From an uncultured Candidatus Rokubacteria bacterium (GTDB lineage: Bacteria > Methylomirabilota > Methylomirabilia > Rokubacteriales > CSP1-6), in NCBI GenBank assembly GCA_963754315.1, contig CAVWFS010000008.1, positions 480,001 to 544,000 on the forward strand: a stretch of 64,000 nucleotides of DNA, in the 5' to 3' direction. Below are positions 20,400-31,776 of the stretch, piece by piece. The translations under genes and the position numbers were made by a program. Below the pieces are notes generated by a model. It was given only the letters and a program-made list of their open reading frames with translations. It ran no database searches and was not told the DNA's origin. Positions within the stretch are counted from its first letter, which is position 1. Each line of letters starts with the position of its first letter.

Positions 20400-21518
20400 T
20401 TACGGCCTGAGGATCACGCGCGTGGCCGCCGTCCCGCTGTTCTTTCCCTGCCACTCGGCAAGCTCGAAAGCCTTGTTGATCTCCTGCAGGGGAAAGCTGT
20501 GGGACACCACATTCGAGAGTGGGTACTTGTCCTTGGTCCTGACCAGCAGGTCCAGCGCGCTCGGGATGATCCAGGGGTTGTAGTGCATGAGACCCCGCCA
20601 CGTGATCTGCTGGCTGATGATCTTGGTCGCGGGCAGGGTGACGGTCTGGGGCACGATGTTACCGATGTCGACGTAGGTGCCGTTGATGCGGACCATGTCG
20701 AGCCCTTCGATGGTCGCGGCGGCGATCCCGACCACCTCGACGACAACGTCCGCTCCGCGGCCGTCCGTGAGTTCCCTGACCCGCTGTACGCGGGCCTCCG
20801 GGGTTGGGAAGTCGTTCATGTCGATGACGTCGGTCGCCCCACACCGCCGGGCCAGCTCGAGCCGTGGCCGTTGCCGGTCGATCGAAATGACCTTGGAGGC
20901 CCCCTTCTCCGCGCACACGGCGGCAGCGTAGATGCCGAGGCCGCCCGCGCCCTGTATCGCCACCACATCGCCGAACTTCATGTCGGCGTGCTCGATCCCA
21001 TGCAGCACCTGGCACAGGGCACAGTTGACCGGCGCGATGGCTTCGTCGGGGAGGATGTCCGGGGCCTTGAATACGTAGTGACCGGGCGGAAGGTAGTAGA
21101 AATCCGCGTAGCCGCCGTCACAGTAGGGATACTGATCCAGGTTGAACTGCATGCTCTTCCGCTGGCGGTGCGGGCAGGCGTGGTGCTCTCCCCTGACGCA
21201 CCAGTAGCACCGATGACAGGGGTTGAAGAAGGGAAAGACGACTCGATCGCCTTCCCGCAGCGGCCGTCGCAGCGAATCCTCGTGGACACCCCGACCGAGG
21301 CTGTGGACGACGCCCGTGAACTCGTGCCCGGGCACTCGACGCAGGGGCGGACCCTGGTAGTTGCCGTCGTTGCGCCAATAGTGAAGATCGGATCCGCAAA
21401 TGGCGGCGGCGGTGTTCCTGATGAGAATGCCACCGGGCTCGACCTCCGGCGTGGGCAGGGTTTCGAGCTCGAGCGGCTTCCCCGGCTGGACGAGCACGGC
21501 CGTCAATCCCTTGGGCAC
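20400..21518 (-). CDS. Zinc-dependent alcohol dehydrogenase (MDR family)
   Basis: ICGSDLH, GHEFTG, CHRCYWC...C structural Zn site, IQGAGGLG; GTG start after GGAGGG. Confidence 0.9.
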   Translation of the reverse strand: MPKGLTAVLVQPGKPLELETLPTPEVEPGGILIRNTAAAICGSDLHYWRNDGNYQGPPLRRVPGHEFTGVVHSLGRGVHEDSLRRPLREGDRVVFPFFNPCHRCYWCVRGEHHACPHRQRKSMQFNLDQYPYCDGGYADFYYLPPGHYVFKAPDILPDEAIAPVNCALCQVLHGIEHADMKFGDVVAIQGAGGLGIYAAAVCAEKGASKVISIDRQRPRLELARRCGATDVIDMNDFPTPEARVQRVRELTDGRGADVVVEVVGIAAATIEGLDMVRINGTYVDIGNIVPQTVTLPATKIISQQITWRGLMHYNPWIIPSALDLLVRTKDKYPLSNVVSHSFPLQEINKAFELAEWQGKNSGTAATRVILRP

Positions 21519-21731
21519 AGGGTTCCCTCCCTCGAACGTGCGACAGCTGGGTCCGCGATCGGCAACGACCGACCTCGATCGACCAATGCCTATCGTACTC
21601 CAGCCCAATCGGCACGGCCATTGAGCGGGTCGACATGGGAGCACAACCGGCAGCGCCGGCCTTGCGGCTTGGCTCTGTCTACCGAAGGATACACTTGAAG
21701 GATAGCGCTCCTCTGGTGTACTGCTAGCGGC

Positions 21732-22160
21732 ATGTCGCCGTCCGAGTATCAGGACCTCGTCGCCTTCTTGGGCGAGCGCTTCGAAGTGATCGACCAGCGC
21801 TTCGAGGCCATGGATCGGCGCTTCGAAGTGATCGACCAGCGCTTCGAGGCCATGGATCGGCGCTTCGAAGTGATCGACCAGCGCTTCGAGGCCATGGATC
21901 GGCGCTTCGAGAGCCTGCATGGAGAGTTCGTCGAACTGAGAGGCGATCTGCTCCGTCACTTTGATCAGCTCTATCGACGTCTGGAGCGACTGGAGCAGGA
22001 ATACCAGGCGATCACCCAGGCACTCCGACGCATTGAGACACTACTGGCCGACGAACGTGGTCGCCGGGAGATTCTCGAACGCGAGCTGGCGGCGCTCAAG
22101 GAGAACGTCGCCGTGCTCAAGGCGAGAATCGACGAGGTCGAGCGCCGCCTCCAATCGTAG
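21732..22160 (+). CDS. Hypothetical coiled-coil protein with heptad repeats
   Basis: (RFEVIDQRFEAMDR)x3 followed by a continuous heptad pattern; fills the gap between opposite-strand genes. Confidence 0.75.
   Translation: MSPSEYQDLVAFLGERFEVIDQRFEAMDRRFEVIDQRFEAMDRRFEVIDQRFEAMDRRFESLHGEFVELRGDLLRHFDQLYRRLERLEQEYQAITQALRRIETLLADERGRREILERELAALKENVAVLKARIDEVERRLQS
21777..21911 (+). repeat. Perfect 42-bp coding tandem repeat, about 3.2 copies
   Basis: cgcttcgaagtgatcgaccagcgcttcgaggccatggatcgg repeated at 21777, 21819, 21861. Confidence 0.95.
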
Positions 22161-22180
22161 CGGCCCGGTAACCCGGGCCG
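22161..22180. terminator. Hairpin between convergent genes, possible terminator
   Basis: cggcccgg-taac-ccgggccg perfect 8-bp stem immediately after the stop codon; no U-tract. Confidence 0.45.
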
Positions 22181-22187
22181 GCTCGTC

Positions 22188-23621
22188 CTAACTTGCGACG
22201 GCTGGTTTTCGCGCAATCCACGGGCGCGCCTTCTCGATCTGCCCGGCCAGACGGAAGAGTGTGGCCTCATCGCCAAAGCGGCCTACCAGCTGCACCGCCA
22301 CGGGCAGGCCTTCGACGGATTGGCCGAGAGGGAGCATCATGGCCGGCTGGCCCGTGATGTTGAACCACACCGTGAACGGCGAGAAGGCGAAGACGCGGCG
22401 CCAGTACTCGTCGACGTCCTCCATCATCATGTCCAGCCAGCCGAGCTTCACGGGCAAGCTGGCCAGGCCGGGCGTGAGGAGAACGTCGTGACGGTCGTGA
22501 AACGCCGCCATCTGACGGCCGAGCCGGTGGGCCGTCTGGGTCGCCCGCACGTAATCGGCGCCTGTCACTTTCTCGCCCTTCTGCCCGGTTAGCCACGTTA
22601 TCCGCTCGACTTCTTCGGCCCGAGCCGCCCGGCCGGCCGTTGGATGGCTGGCAAGGTTCACCACAGTATTGGCAGAAGCCAGGGTGAGGAAGGTGGGAAC
22701 GATGTCGGCTCCATCGACGTTGGGATCCGCTTCCTCGACGCGATGCCCAAGGTCTGTGCAGAGCCTGACCGTCTCCGTCAGCGTCTTGAGGTTCTCCGCA
22801 TCGATGGTTGCACCATTCGGAGCCTTCGCCGTCCAGGCGATGCGAAGTTGTCCCGCTGCGGCGCCCACCTCTTCGAGGTACGGTCGTGTCGGGGCGGGCG
22901 CGGCGTACGGATCGCCGGCCCCCGGCCACCCGGTAATGTCGAGAAGCGCTGCGCAATCGCGAACGGTCAGGGTCACGGCATGCTCGGTCGATAGTCCACC
23001 AAGCCCTTCGCCCGCAAATGGGGCGAACGTGTTGCGGGCGCGGGAGGGCTTGAGACCGACAAGCCCGCAGCAGGCAGCCGGAGCGCGGATCGAGCCGAAC
23101 CCATCGCTGGCGTGCGCCATGGGGACCATGCGCGACCCCACGGCGGCGGCGGCGCCGCCACTGGAGCCCCCCGAGATGCGCGTGAGGTCCCAGGGATTCT
23201 TCGTCGGTCCATACAACTGCGGTTCGCAGGTGAGGCTGAGTCCCATCTCACACGTGTTCGTCCGGCCGAAGATGACCAGACCAGCGCCCCGGAGGCGCCT
23301 GACGTGCTCGCTGTCGGCGGTCGCCGGCGGTGCGCTGACGAAGAAGCGTGAGCCACGCGTCATGGGCACTCCGGCGATGGATGCCGTCAGATCTTTCATC
23401 AGGTACGGTACCCCCTGAAACGGTCCCTCGGGAAGCCCGCCCGCGATGGTCTGCCGAGCCAGGTCGTAGAGCTTGATCACCACGGCGTTCACGCGCGAAT
23501 TGCGTTGCTCCACGCGCTCGATGGCCGCCTCCAGCAATTCGCGCGGCGTGACCTGACGTCGCCGCACGAGATCGGCCAGCCCCAGGGCGTCATACTTCTC
23601 GTACTCTGCGAATCCTTGCAT
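22188..23621 (-). CDS. Amidase signature family enzyme
   Basis: YLMKDL (Lys), GGSSGG, ASDGFGSIR (Ser), LKPSR. Confidence 0.92.
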   Translation of the reverse strand: MQGFAEYEKYDALGLADLVRRRQVTPRELLEAAIERVEQRNSRVNAVVIKLYDLARQTIAGGLPEGPFQGVPYLMKDLTASIAGVPMTRGSRFFVSAPPATADSEHVRRLRGAGLVIFGRTNTCEMGLSLTCEPQLYGPTKNPWDLTRISGGSSGGAAAAVGSRMVPMAHASDGFGSIRAPAACCGLVGLKPSRARNTFAPFAGEGLGGLSTEHAVTLTVRDCAALLDITGWPGAGDPYAAPAPTRPYLEEVGAAAGQLRIAWTAKAPNGATIDAENLKTLTETVRLCTDLGHRVEEADPNVDGADIVPTFLTLASANTVVNLASHPTAGRAARAEEVERITWLTGQKGEKVTGADYVRATQTAHRLGRQMAAFHDRHDVLLTPGLASLPVKLGWLDMMMEDVDEYWRRVFAFSPFTVWFNITGQPAMMLPLGQSVEGLPVAVQLVGRFGDEATLFRLAGQIEKARPWIARKPAVAS

Positions 23622-23748
23622 GGCTCTGTCTCCCGACCACGATGATGCCACGGCCTGACGCGCGGCCAGAGCACGCCCGGACCAGCGCATCTTGCCAGGG
23701 ACGGCGACCTGCCCGATGATGCTAGGACACTGCTGACGGGAGGTACCC

Positions 23749-24627
23749 GTGAACGCGATCCAGCTTGGCCCGGTGACGATCTCCCGTGTGGTGGAGATCG
23801 GCCGCTCGTCCTATCCGACCGCGATGATGCTGCCAGACTCCACGCCGGCGGCAATCGCCTCCCACCTTTCCTGGCTCAAGCCCGATTTCTTCGACGACGT
23901 GACCGGCGACATCGGCTCCCGCATTCAGACGTACATCGTGCGGACGCCCCAGCACACGATTCTCGTGGACACCGGAGTCGGCAACGATAAGCACCGCGAC
24001 GAGAACGCGGCCTGGCACTTGCGCCAGGGGACATACCTGGCGGACCTCGCGGCGGCCGGCGTCACCCCTGACGGGGTCGACTACGTCCTGTGTACGCACA
24101 TGCACGTCGACCACGTGGGCTGGAACACGCGTCTCGTCGATGGTCGCTGGGTGCCGACATTTCCACGCGCCACGTACATCTTCGTCGGCGAGGAGTGGGA
24201 TTTCTGGCAGCACGAGAGCAAGACGGGGAAGGAGACGTGGGGCTGCATCGACGACAGTGTCTTTCCCATCGTGAGTGCCGGTCAGGCCAAGCTCGTGGAG
24301 AGCGACTACGCCGTGGACGAATACCTTCGCTTCGAGCCGTGGCGCGGACATACGCCGGGCCACGCAGCCATCCGTCTCCAGACGCCGGCGGGAGCCGTCC
24401 TCTTCTCGGGTGACCTCATGCATCGGGTCGTGCAGGTTGCTGAGCCACAGTGGAGCAGCCAGTTCTGCTACGATCCTCGCCTGGCTGCCGACACGCGACG
24501 GGAATTCATCGATCGTCACGCGGACTCTGGGGTGCTCATCCTGGCCGCGCACTTCCCGCGCCCGGGCTACATCGTGCGGGAGGCTGGCGGTTGTCGCTTC
24601 GTCCGCGCTCGTGGTCCGAGGGAGTGA
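23749..24627 (+). CDS. MBL-fold metallo-hydrolase
   Basis: LVDTG, THMHVDHVGWN, GHTPGH, SGDLMH, AHFP; GGGAGG RBS. Confidence 0.92.
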   Translation: MNAIQLGPVTISRVVEIGRSSYPTAMMLPDSTPAAIASHLSWLKPDFFDDVTGDIGSRIQTYIVRTPQHTILVDTGVGNDKHRDENAAWHLRQGTYLADLAAAGVTPDGVDYVLCTHMHVDHVGWNTRLVDGRWVPTFPRATYIFVGEEWDFWQHESKTGKETWGCIDDSVFPIVSAGQAKLVESDYAVDEYLRFEPWRGHTPGHAAIRLQTPAGAVLFSGDLMHRVVQVAEPQWSSQFCYDPRLAADTRREFIDRHADSGVLILAAHFPRPGYIVREAGGCRFVRARGPRE

Positions 24628-24636
24628 GGGATTCCG

Positions 24637-25800
24637 ATGCCGTCCTTTCCAGGGTATCGACTGCCAGACGAACTGATTGCCCTCCGCGAGCAGGTGCGGC
24701 GTTTTATCAGAGACGAGATCCTCCCGCTGGAGCAGCGTCTCGATCCCGACGCGCCCGAGATCCCTGACGCGGACTTCGCCCGTCTTTCCGGGAAGACCAA
24801 GGCGGCCGGCCTCTGGTGCCTGGGCGTGCCCGAGCAGTACGGTGGGGGCGGGCTCGACACGTTCAGCATGTCCGTACTCCTCGAGGAGATGTCGCAACAT
24901 CGCATGGGCCTCTACAACCCGGGCTGTGGTGTCTTTGGACGTCCGCCAGCGCCTTTCATCTTCGGGGGCAGCCGGGAGCAGATCGAGCGCTATGCGATTC
25001 CGGCCATCCGGGAGGGACACCTTACCTTTTTCGCCATCACCGAGCCGAGCGGCGGTTCGGATCCAGCCGGCGCCATCCAGACGACGGCCGTCAAGCGCGG
25101 CGATCACTGGGTCCTGAACGGCACCAAGATGTTCACCTCGCGCGCCCACGTGGGTGAGTGGGGCGTGGTCTTCGCGCGGACCGACCGCAGCAAGGGCCGG
25201 GCTGGCATCAGCGCGTTCATCGTCGAAAAGGGGACGCCGGGCTTCACGGCGCGCCCCATCCGGACGATCCGAACCTCGGCCGTCCCGTGCGAGGTAGCCC
25301 TGGAGGACTGCCAGGTTCCTCTGGAGAACCTGGTCGGGAAAGAGGGGTCGGGTCTCGATCTGGCGCTCGGCGGCTTGGTGCGCCAGCGCTTCCCGTACTC
25401 CGCCTGCAACCTCGGGGTGGCCGTGGCCGCCCACCGCATGGCGGTAGCCCACGCCAAGCAGCGCTCGACCTTCGGGGTGCCGCTGAGCCAGCGGCAGGCC
25501 ATTCAGTGGATGCTCGTCGACGCCGAGGTGGAGATGCGGGCTGCGCGCTGGCTCATTTGGGAGGGCGCCTGGAAGGCCGACCGTGGTGAGGACGCCAGGG
25601 TCGAGGCATCCGTCGCCAAGCTCTACTCCAGCGAAGTATTGGGGCGCGTCATCGACACGGCCGTCCAGGTACACGGCGGCTACGGGGTGGCCAAAGAGTT
25701 TCCGCTCGAGCGATGGTATCGCGAGGCACGCGTGCGCCGGATCGGGGAGGGGCCATCGGAAGTTCAACGCATGGTCATTGCGCGCTCGCTCTTCCGCTGA
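24637..25800 (+). CDS. Acyl-CoA dehydrogenase
   Basis: AITEPSGGSDP, LNGTKMF, RSTFG, QVHGGYG, RIGEGPSEVQR (catalytic Glu). Confidence 0.92.
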   Translation: MPSFPGYRLPDELIALREQVRRFIRDEILPLEQRLDPDAPEIPDADFARLSGKTKAAGLWCLGVPEQYGGGGLDTFSMSVLLEEMSQHRMGLYNPGCGVFGRPPAPFIFGGSREQIERYAIPAIREGHLTFFAITEPSGGSDPAGAIQTTAVKRGDHWVLNGTKMFTSRAHVGEWGVVFARTDRSKGRAGISAFIVEKGTPGFTARPIRTIRTSAVPCEVALEDCQVPLENLVGKEGSGLDLALGGLVRQRFPYSACNLGVAVAAHRMAVAHAKQRSTFGVPLSQRQAIQWMLVDAEVEMRAARWLIWEGAWKADRGEDARVEASVAKLYSSEVLGRVIDTAVQVHGGYGVAKEFPLERWYREARVRRIGEGPSEVQRMVIARSLFR

Positions 25801-25807
25801 CGATCGC

Positions 25808-27136
25808 GTGAAAGAGCTCTGGCCGCCGCTCGTTTTCCTCTGCGTGGCGGCGGCCCTGCTCCCCGGGTGTCGCGAGGGTGCCCAGTCACCGTCATCCTCG
25901 CCGCTGGAGGTCGACGTGACCCCCGTCGTTCAGCGTGACGTGACGATTCACGGCGAATGGATCGGCACCACGACCGGCTACGTCGACGCCCAGATTCGCG
26001 CGCTGGTGGCCGGTTACCTCATGAGCCAGAACTACAAGGAAGGCTCCCTCGTCCGCAAGGGAGATCTGCTGTTCCAGATCGATCCCCGTCCCTATCAGGC
26101 CGCCCTCGACGAGGCGCGGGCCAAGCTCAAGCAGGCGGAATCCGAGGTTCTGCAGGCCAGGGCCGAGGTCAAACAAGCCGAATCGGGGGTGGACGAGGCC
26201 AACGCCCTGGTCGGCCAGGCTCAGGCCGACGTGACCCGGGCTGAGGCCAATCAGCGCCGGACCGCGCTCGACGTCGACCGCTACACACCCCTGGCCCAGG
26301 ATGGTTCCGTCAGCCAGCAGGAGCTGGACGACGCGGTCCAGAACAATCTTGCCAACAAGGCGGCCGTGGTGGCGGCCAAGGGAAACGTAGTCCGCGCCCA
26401 GGCCGGAGTCGTCACGGCGCAGGCCAACGTGTCGCGCAAGCAGGCCAACGTAGCCCGCGCCCTGGCGGATGTGGAGCGAGCGCAAGCCGGGATCGAGCAG
26501 GCGGCTCTCAACCTGAGCTTCTCCCGGGCCACCTCCCCCATCGATGGTATCGCCGGGATCCGGGCGGCCAACATCGGCGACGTAGTCGGTCGTGATCAGA
26601 ACACCCTACTCACCACCGTGTCCCAGGTCGATCCGCTGTACGTCGAGTTCCCCATCGCGGAGCAAGAGTTCCTGAAGGTGGCCGCTGCCTGGGAGGCCTC
26701 CACCCGTGGAACGGGGGAGAAGATCGCGCTCGAGCTGATCCTCTCTGACGGCAAGGTCTATCGTCATCCGGGCCGGCTCGACATCGTGGGGCGCAGCGTC
26801 GACGTGACCACCGGCACCTTGCGCATCCGGGGACTCTTTCCGAACCCCGACAACCTCATGCGTCCCGGTCAGTACGCGAAGGTTCGGGCTCCGCTCGAGG
26901 TCCGCCGCGACGCTCTCCTCGTCCCCCAGAAGGCGGTGCAGCAGCTGCAGGGGATCTACCAGCTGGCGGTGGTGACGGCCGACAATACGGTGCAGTTCCG
27001 CACGGTGAAGGTGGGGCCACGGGTGGGGCCCCTGTGGATCATTGACGATGGTCTCCGGCCCGGCGAGCGGGTGATCGTCGACGGGCTACTGCGGGTGAAG
27101 GCCGCCGAGACTGTGCGTCCGAAGCTCGTGCCGTAG
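25808..27136 (+). CDS. RND efflux periplasmic adaptor (membrane fusion) lipoprotein with an extended alpha-hairpin
   Basis: LPGC lipobox, GDLLFQIDPRPY, SPIDG, MRPGQY, GLRPGERVIVDG. Confidence 0.9.
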   Translation: MKELWPPLVFLCVAAALLPGCREGAQSPSSSPLEVDVTPVVQRDVTIHGEWIGTTTGYVDAQIRALVAGYLMSQNYKEGSLVRKGDLLFQIDPRPYQAALDEARAKLKQAESEVLQARAEVKQAESGVDEANALVGQAQADVTRAEANQRRTALDVDRYTPLAQDGSVSQQELDDAVQNNLANKAAVVAAKGNVVRAQAGVVTAQANVSRKQANVARALADVERAQAGIEQAALNLSFSRATSPIDGIAGIRAANIGDVVGRDQNTLLTTVSQVDPLYVEFPIAEQEFLKVAAAWEASTRGTGEKIALELILSDGKVYRHPGRLDIVGRSVDVTTGTLRIRGLFPNPDNLMRPGQYAKVRAPLEVRRDALLVPQKAVQQLQGIYQLAVVTADNTVQFRTVKVGPRVGPLWIIDDGLRPGERVIVDGLLRVKAAETVRPKLVP

Positions 27137-27144
27137 GCGCCCCC

Positions 27145-30100
27145 ATGTCGCGCTTCTTCATCAACCGGCCGGTGGTGGCCATGGTGATCGCCATCCTCAT
27201 CGTGCTGGCCGGACTCGTGACATTCCAGCGGCTGCCCGTGGCCCAGTTTCCCGACATCGCGCCGCCCGAGATTTCCATCCGGACCATGTATGTGGGCGCC
27301 GACGCCCTCACCATCGAAGAATCGGTAGCCACTCCCATCGAGCAGACCATGACGGGGGTGGACAACATGATCTACATGCGGTCCTACAACGTGAACGACG
27401 GCACCATGAACCTGCGCGTCGACTTCGAGGTTGGGACCGACCCCAACGTCGACAATGTCCTCACCTATATCCGTCTCGCCCAGGCCATTCCCCAGCTTCC
27501 GTCGGCCGTGCAGAAGTTCGGTCTCTCCGTGCTGAAGGCCCACACGAGCCCGCTGGCCATCTTCGCGCTCTACTCCCCCAAGGGCACCTACGACGCGACG
27601 TTCCTGGCCAACTACGCCTACGTCAACATCAACGATCCCATGACGCGGGTGAACGGCATCGGGCAGGTGCTCATTCAGGGTGCCGGCCAGTACGCCATGC
27701 GGCAGTGGCTGAAGCCAGACCAGCTGGCCAGCCTGGGGGTCACCGTCACCGATATCGTCAATGCCCTCGAGAAGCAGAATGTCATCAACGCGGCGGGCCA
27801 GGTGGGAGCGGAGCCTTCGCCACCGGGCCAGCAATTCACCTACACCATGCGCACCCAGGGCCGTCTGGTCACCGACGAGGAGTTCGGCGCCATCGTCATC
27901 CGCGCCACCCCCGATGGCTCCGTCATCCGCATGCGTGATGTGGCGCGGGTGGAGCTGGGAGCGCAGACCTACAACAACATCGGCCGGCTGAACGGATCCC
28001 CGGCGGCCATCATCAGCATCTTCCAGCTCCCCGGCTTCAACGCGGTGGAGGCCATGCAGGGTGCTCGCCGCCTCATGGAGGAGCTGAAGACGAGGTTTCC
28101 GGTGGACATGGATTACGTCGTGTCCCTTGATACGACGCTCGCCGTCACCGAGGGGATCCAGGAGATATATCGGACCCTCTGGCAGGCCCTCCTGCTCGTC
28201 ATCCTGGTGGTCTTCGTCTTCTTGCAGTCGATCCGGGCCACCCTGATCCCCGCCGCGGCCGTGCCCGTGTCCCTCATCGGGACGTTCGCCTTCTTTCCCT
28301 ACTGGGGTTCTCGGTCAACACCCTCTCGCTGTTCGGGCTCGTGCTCGCCATCGGGCTCGTGGTGGATGACGCCATCGTGGTGGTGGAGGCGGTGGAGAAG
28401 CAGCTCGAGAATGGCTTGTCTCCGAAGGAAGCGGCGATCCAGGCCATGTCCGAGGTCTCCGGTCCGGTGGTGGCCATCGCGCTCATCCTCATTGCCGTCT
28501 TCGTCCCCACCGCCTTCATCCCGGGTGTCACCGGGCGTCTCTACCAGCAGTTCGCGGTGACCATTGCCATCTCGGTCGCCATCTCCGCCTTCACCGCCCT
28601 CACCCTGAGCCCTGCCCTCTGCGCCCTTCTCCTGAAGCCCCACGCCGAGCGACGACACGGGCCGTTGGGTGTCCTGTTCGGGGCGTTCAATCGCGGCTTC
28701 GCACGGGCGACCAACGGTTACGTGGGAGTCTGCGGGGCTCTCATCCGGAAGTCTGCCGCCGCCATTCTCTTCCTGGTCGCGGTGGCGGCCGGGGCGGGGT
28801 TGCTGGGCTGGAAGCTCCCGGACGGATTCCTCCCCACCGAGGACCAGGGGTATCTCTACCTGAACGTGCAGCTCCCGGAGGCGGCTGCGCTGCCTCGCAC
28901 CGACGCCGTCATGCGCAAGATCGAGAGGATCCTGGCCGATACGCCGGGCGTGCGCCACTACAGCTCCATCACCGGCTACAGTCTGCTCGACTACATCAAC
29001 GCGACCTACTTCGGGTTCTTCTTTGTCACCCTCGATCCATGGAGCGAGCGCCGCACAGCATCGACGAGCTTGAGCGGGATCATGAGCGCCATCAACCAGC
29101 GCCTTGACCAGCTGCCCGATGCGCGGGCCACTGCGTTTCCCCCTCCTGCCATCGCGGGAGTGGGCACGTCGGGAGGCTTCAGCCTCATGCTCCAGGATCG
29201 GGCCGGCAAGTCGGTAGATTTCCTGGCCACCAACGTGAACCGCTTTCTCGATACAGCGCGCAAGCGACCGGAGCTGACGCGACTGCATAGCTCGCTCATC
29301 GCCAACGTTCCCCAGGTGTACGCCGACGTCGACCGCGACAAGGTTCTCAAGCAAGAGGTCGACCTGGAGGACGTCTACCGAACCTTGAACGCCTTCATGG
29401 GCTCGCTCTTCGTGAACTACTTCAACCGCTTCGGGCGGCAGTGGCAGGTCTACATCGGAGCCGAGGGTCAGTACCGGACGCGCGCGGAGGACATCGGGCA
29501 GTTCTACGTCCGGAACAAACGAGGCCAGATGGTGCCCCTTTCCGCCATCGTGACCCTCGAGACCCGCGCCGGCCCCGAGTACACGAATCGCTTCAACGAG
29601 TATCGGGCGGCGGAGATTCAGGGGGGCGCTGCGCCCGGCTACAGTTCCGGCCAGGCCATGGACGCGCTGGAGGAGGTCGCCCGACAGGTGCTGCCGGCGG
29701 AGATGGGCTATGCGTGGAATGCACTCTCGTACCAGCAGCACCGGGCAGCGCAGCAAGCGAATCCCGTGATCATCTTCGGCTTGTCGCTGCTCGTCGTTTT
29801 CCTCATCCTGGCCGCGCAATACGAGAGCTGGTCTCTGCCCTTCAGCGTTCTGCTGGCCACGCCCATCGCGGTCTTCGGGGCTCTGCTCGCCCTCTGGCTT
29901 CGGCGCTTCGAGAACGACGTGTATGCGCAGATCGGGCTGGTGATGCTCATCGGGTTAGCGGCCAAGAATGCCATCCTCATCGTGGAGTTTGCGCGGGCGT
30001 CGCGCGCACGAGGCACGCCGATCGCAGAGGCGGCCCTGGCCGGCGCCCGGCTGCGGCTGCGGCCAATTTTGATGACGGCGTTTGCCTTCATTTTCGGCGC

Positions 30101-30275
30101 GCTGCCCCTGGCCATGGCCACCGGCTCAGGCGCCGTCGCTCGCCAGATCCTCGGGACAGCGGTGGTGGGCGGCATGCTTGCGGCCACCACGATCGCCATT
30201 TTCATCGTTCCCGTCGCCTACTACGTGGTCGGACGACTGGCGGCGCCCATGTCTGCGAAAGGACCCCCCTCATGA
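27145..30275 (+). CDS. HAE1-type RND efflux permease (AcrB-like); -1 frameshift near 28298
   Basis: FFINRPV, AIGLVVDDAIVVVE, GLAAKNAILIVEFA, RLRPILMT; one C missing in ttctttccctactg (expected FFPLLGFSVNTL). Confidence 0.92.
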
Positions 30276-31708
30276 GACGAACCACCTACCCGTTCGCCCT
30301 GGGAGTCATGCTGATCGTCATCGTCGGCTGCGCGGTGGGTCCCGATTACCGTCGACCCGAGATGAGTGCCCCCGCGGCCTTCCGGGGGGAAACGGGCCCC
30401 CCCGAAGCCACCTCGTTGGCCGACCTGCCATGGTGGGAAGTGTTCCGCGACCCGGCCCTCACCAGCCTGGTCCACGAGGCGCTGGCCGGTAACTATGATT
30501 TGAAGATCGCGATCGCTCGCGTGGGGCAGGCCCGCGCCCTGGCGGGCGTCGCCCGGGCCGAGTTCTTTCCCTGGATCGACTACAGCGCCGGCGCCCAGCG
30601 CGCCCGCGGGGTCTTCAAGTTCGTTCCCGAGCTCGAGCTGCCAGCCGGCGGCACCGACAACTTGTTTATCGGGGGCCTCGCGGCCACCTGGGAAATCGAT
30701 GTGTGGGGCAGGATTCGACGCGCGAACGAAGCCGCTCGCGCCGAGCTCTTGGCCAGCGAAGAGGCGCGCCGAGGGATACTGCTCAGCCTGGTCAGCGATG
30801 TCGCCCAGGCCTACTTCGAATTGCTGGCGCTGGACCTCCGGCTGACCATCGCCCAGAGCGCGACGGACTCTTTTCAGAGAACCTACACCCTATTTCGCCG
30901 CCGCTTCGAGGGCGGGGTGGCCTCCACCCTGCAGACGTCCCGTGCCGAAGGCGCCCTCGCCTCAACGGCGGCCACGATTCCCGATCTCCAGCGGCGGATT
31001 GCCATCAGGGAGAACCAAATCAATGTGCTCCTCGGCCGCGATCCAGGCCCGGTCCCACGCGGGGTACTGCTCGTCGAGCAGCAGATGCCGCCCGCTGTCC
31101 CTCCCGGATTGCCGTCCCTTCTCCTCGAGCGCCGGCCCGACGTGAGGGAGGCCGAGCAACGCCTCGTGAAGGCCAACGCGGAGATCGGGGTAGCCAAGGC
31201 CGCCTTCTTCCCTAAAATCGGGCTCACCGCCTTGCTCGGCGCCGTGAGCCCTGAGCTGTCCGCGCTCACCAGTGGCACCGCCAGCCTGTGGGCGCTTGCC
31301 GGTTCTCTGACCGGCCCGATCTTTCAGGGCGGCCGAATTCGTGCGGGCTATCAGGCATCGATGGCCGCCTGGGAACAGGCCAGGCTCCAGTACGAGGTCA
31401 CGGCCATCCGGGCCTTTCAGGAGGTCTCGGACGCACTGGTGAGCCTCGAGAAGCTGGCCAGGTTCGAGGCCGAGCAGACCCGGTCGGTGACGGCGCTCGA
31501 GCAGAGCGTACGCGTGGCGAACCGCCGCTACCTCGGGGGCCTGGCCAGCTACTACGAGGTGCTGGAAGCGCAGCAGCTGCTGTTCCCGGCCCAGGATCTC
31601 CTGGCGCGGGTCCGGCGCGACCGGTTCGTGGCCCTGGTCACACTCTACAAGGCCCTCGGCGGTGGCTGGAATCTCACCGAGCCCCAGTGGCAGGCCAACG
31701 CCAGGTAG
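30272..31708 (+). CDS. RND efflux outer membrane factor, NodT/OprM family lipoprotein
   Basis: VGCAVGPDYRRP lipobox, WWEVFRDP, WEIDVWG, LLERRPDV, LYKALGGGW. Confidence 0.92.
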   Translation: MRRTTYPFALGVMLIVIVGCAVGPDYRRPEMSAPAAFRGETGPPEATSLADLPWWEVFRDPALTSLVHEALAGNYDLKIAIARVGQARALAGVARAEFFPWIDYSAGAQRARGVFKFVPELELPAGGTDNLFIGGLAATWEIDVWGRIRRANEAARAELLASEEARRGILLSLVSDVAQAYFELLALDLRLTIAQSATDSFQRTYTLFRRRFEGGVASTLQTSRAEGALASTAATIPDLQRRIAIRENQINVLLGRDPGPVPRGVLLVEQQMPPAVPPGLPSLLLERRPDVREAEQRLVKANAEIGVAKAAFFPKIGLTALLGAVSPELSALTSGTASLWALAGSLTGPIFQGGRIRAGYQASMAAWEQARLQYEVTAIRAFQEVSDALVSLEKLARFEAEQTRSVTALEQSVRVANRRYLGGLASYYEVLEAQQLLFPAQDLLARVRRDRFVALVTLYKALGGGWNLTEPQWQANAR

Positions 31709-31776
31709 GTTGGCAAGAACGCCCGATTCGCGCATCATAGGGGTCCGGCGAGGTACTCTCTCGAGGAGGAGGGTTC

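Noticed and set aside
21519..21959. Repeat-containing N-terminal extension of the Zn dehydrogenase
   Set aside because: It is the antisense of the coiled-coil gene; GTG 21518 has a good RBS and matches the normal MDR start.
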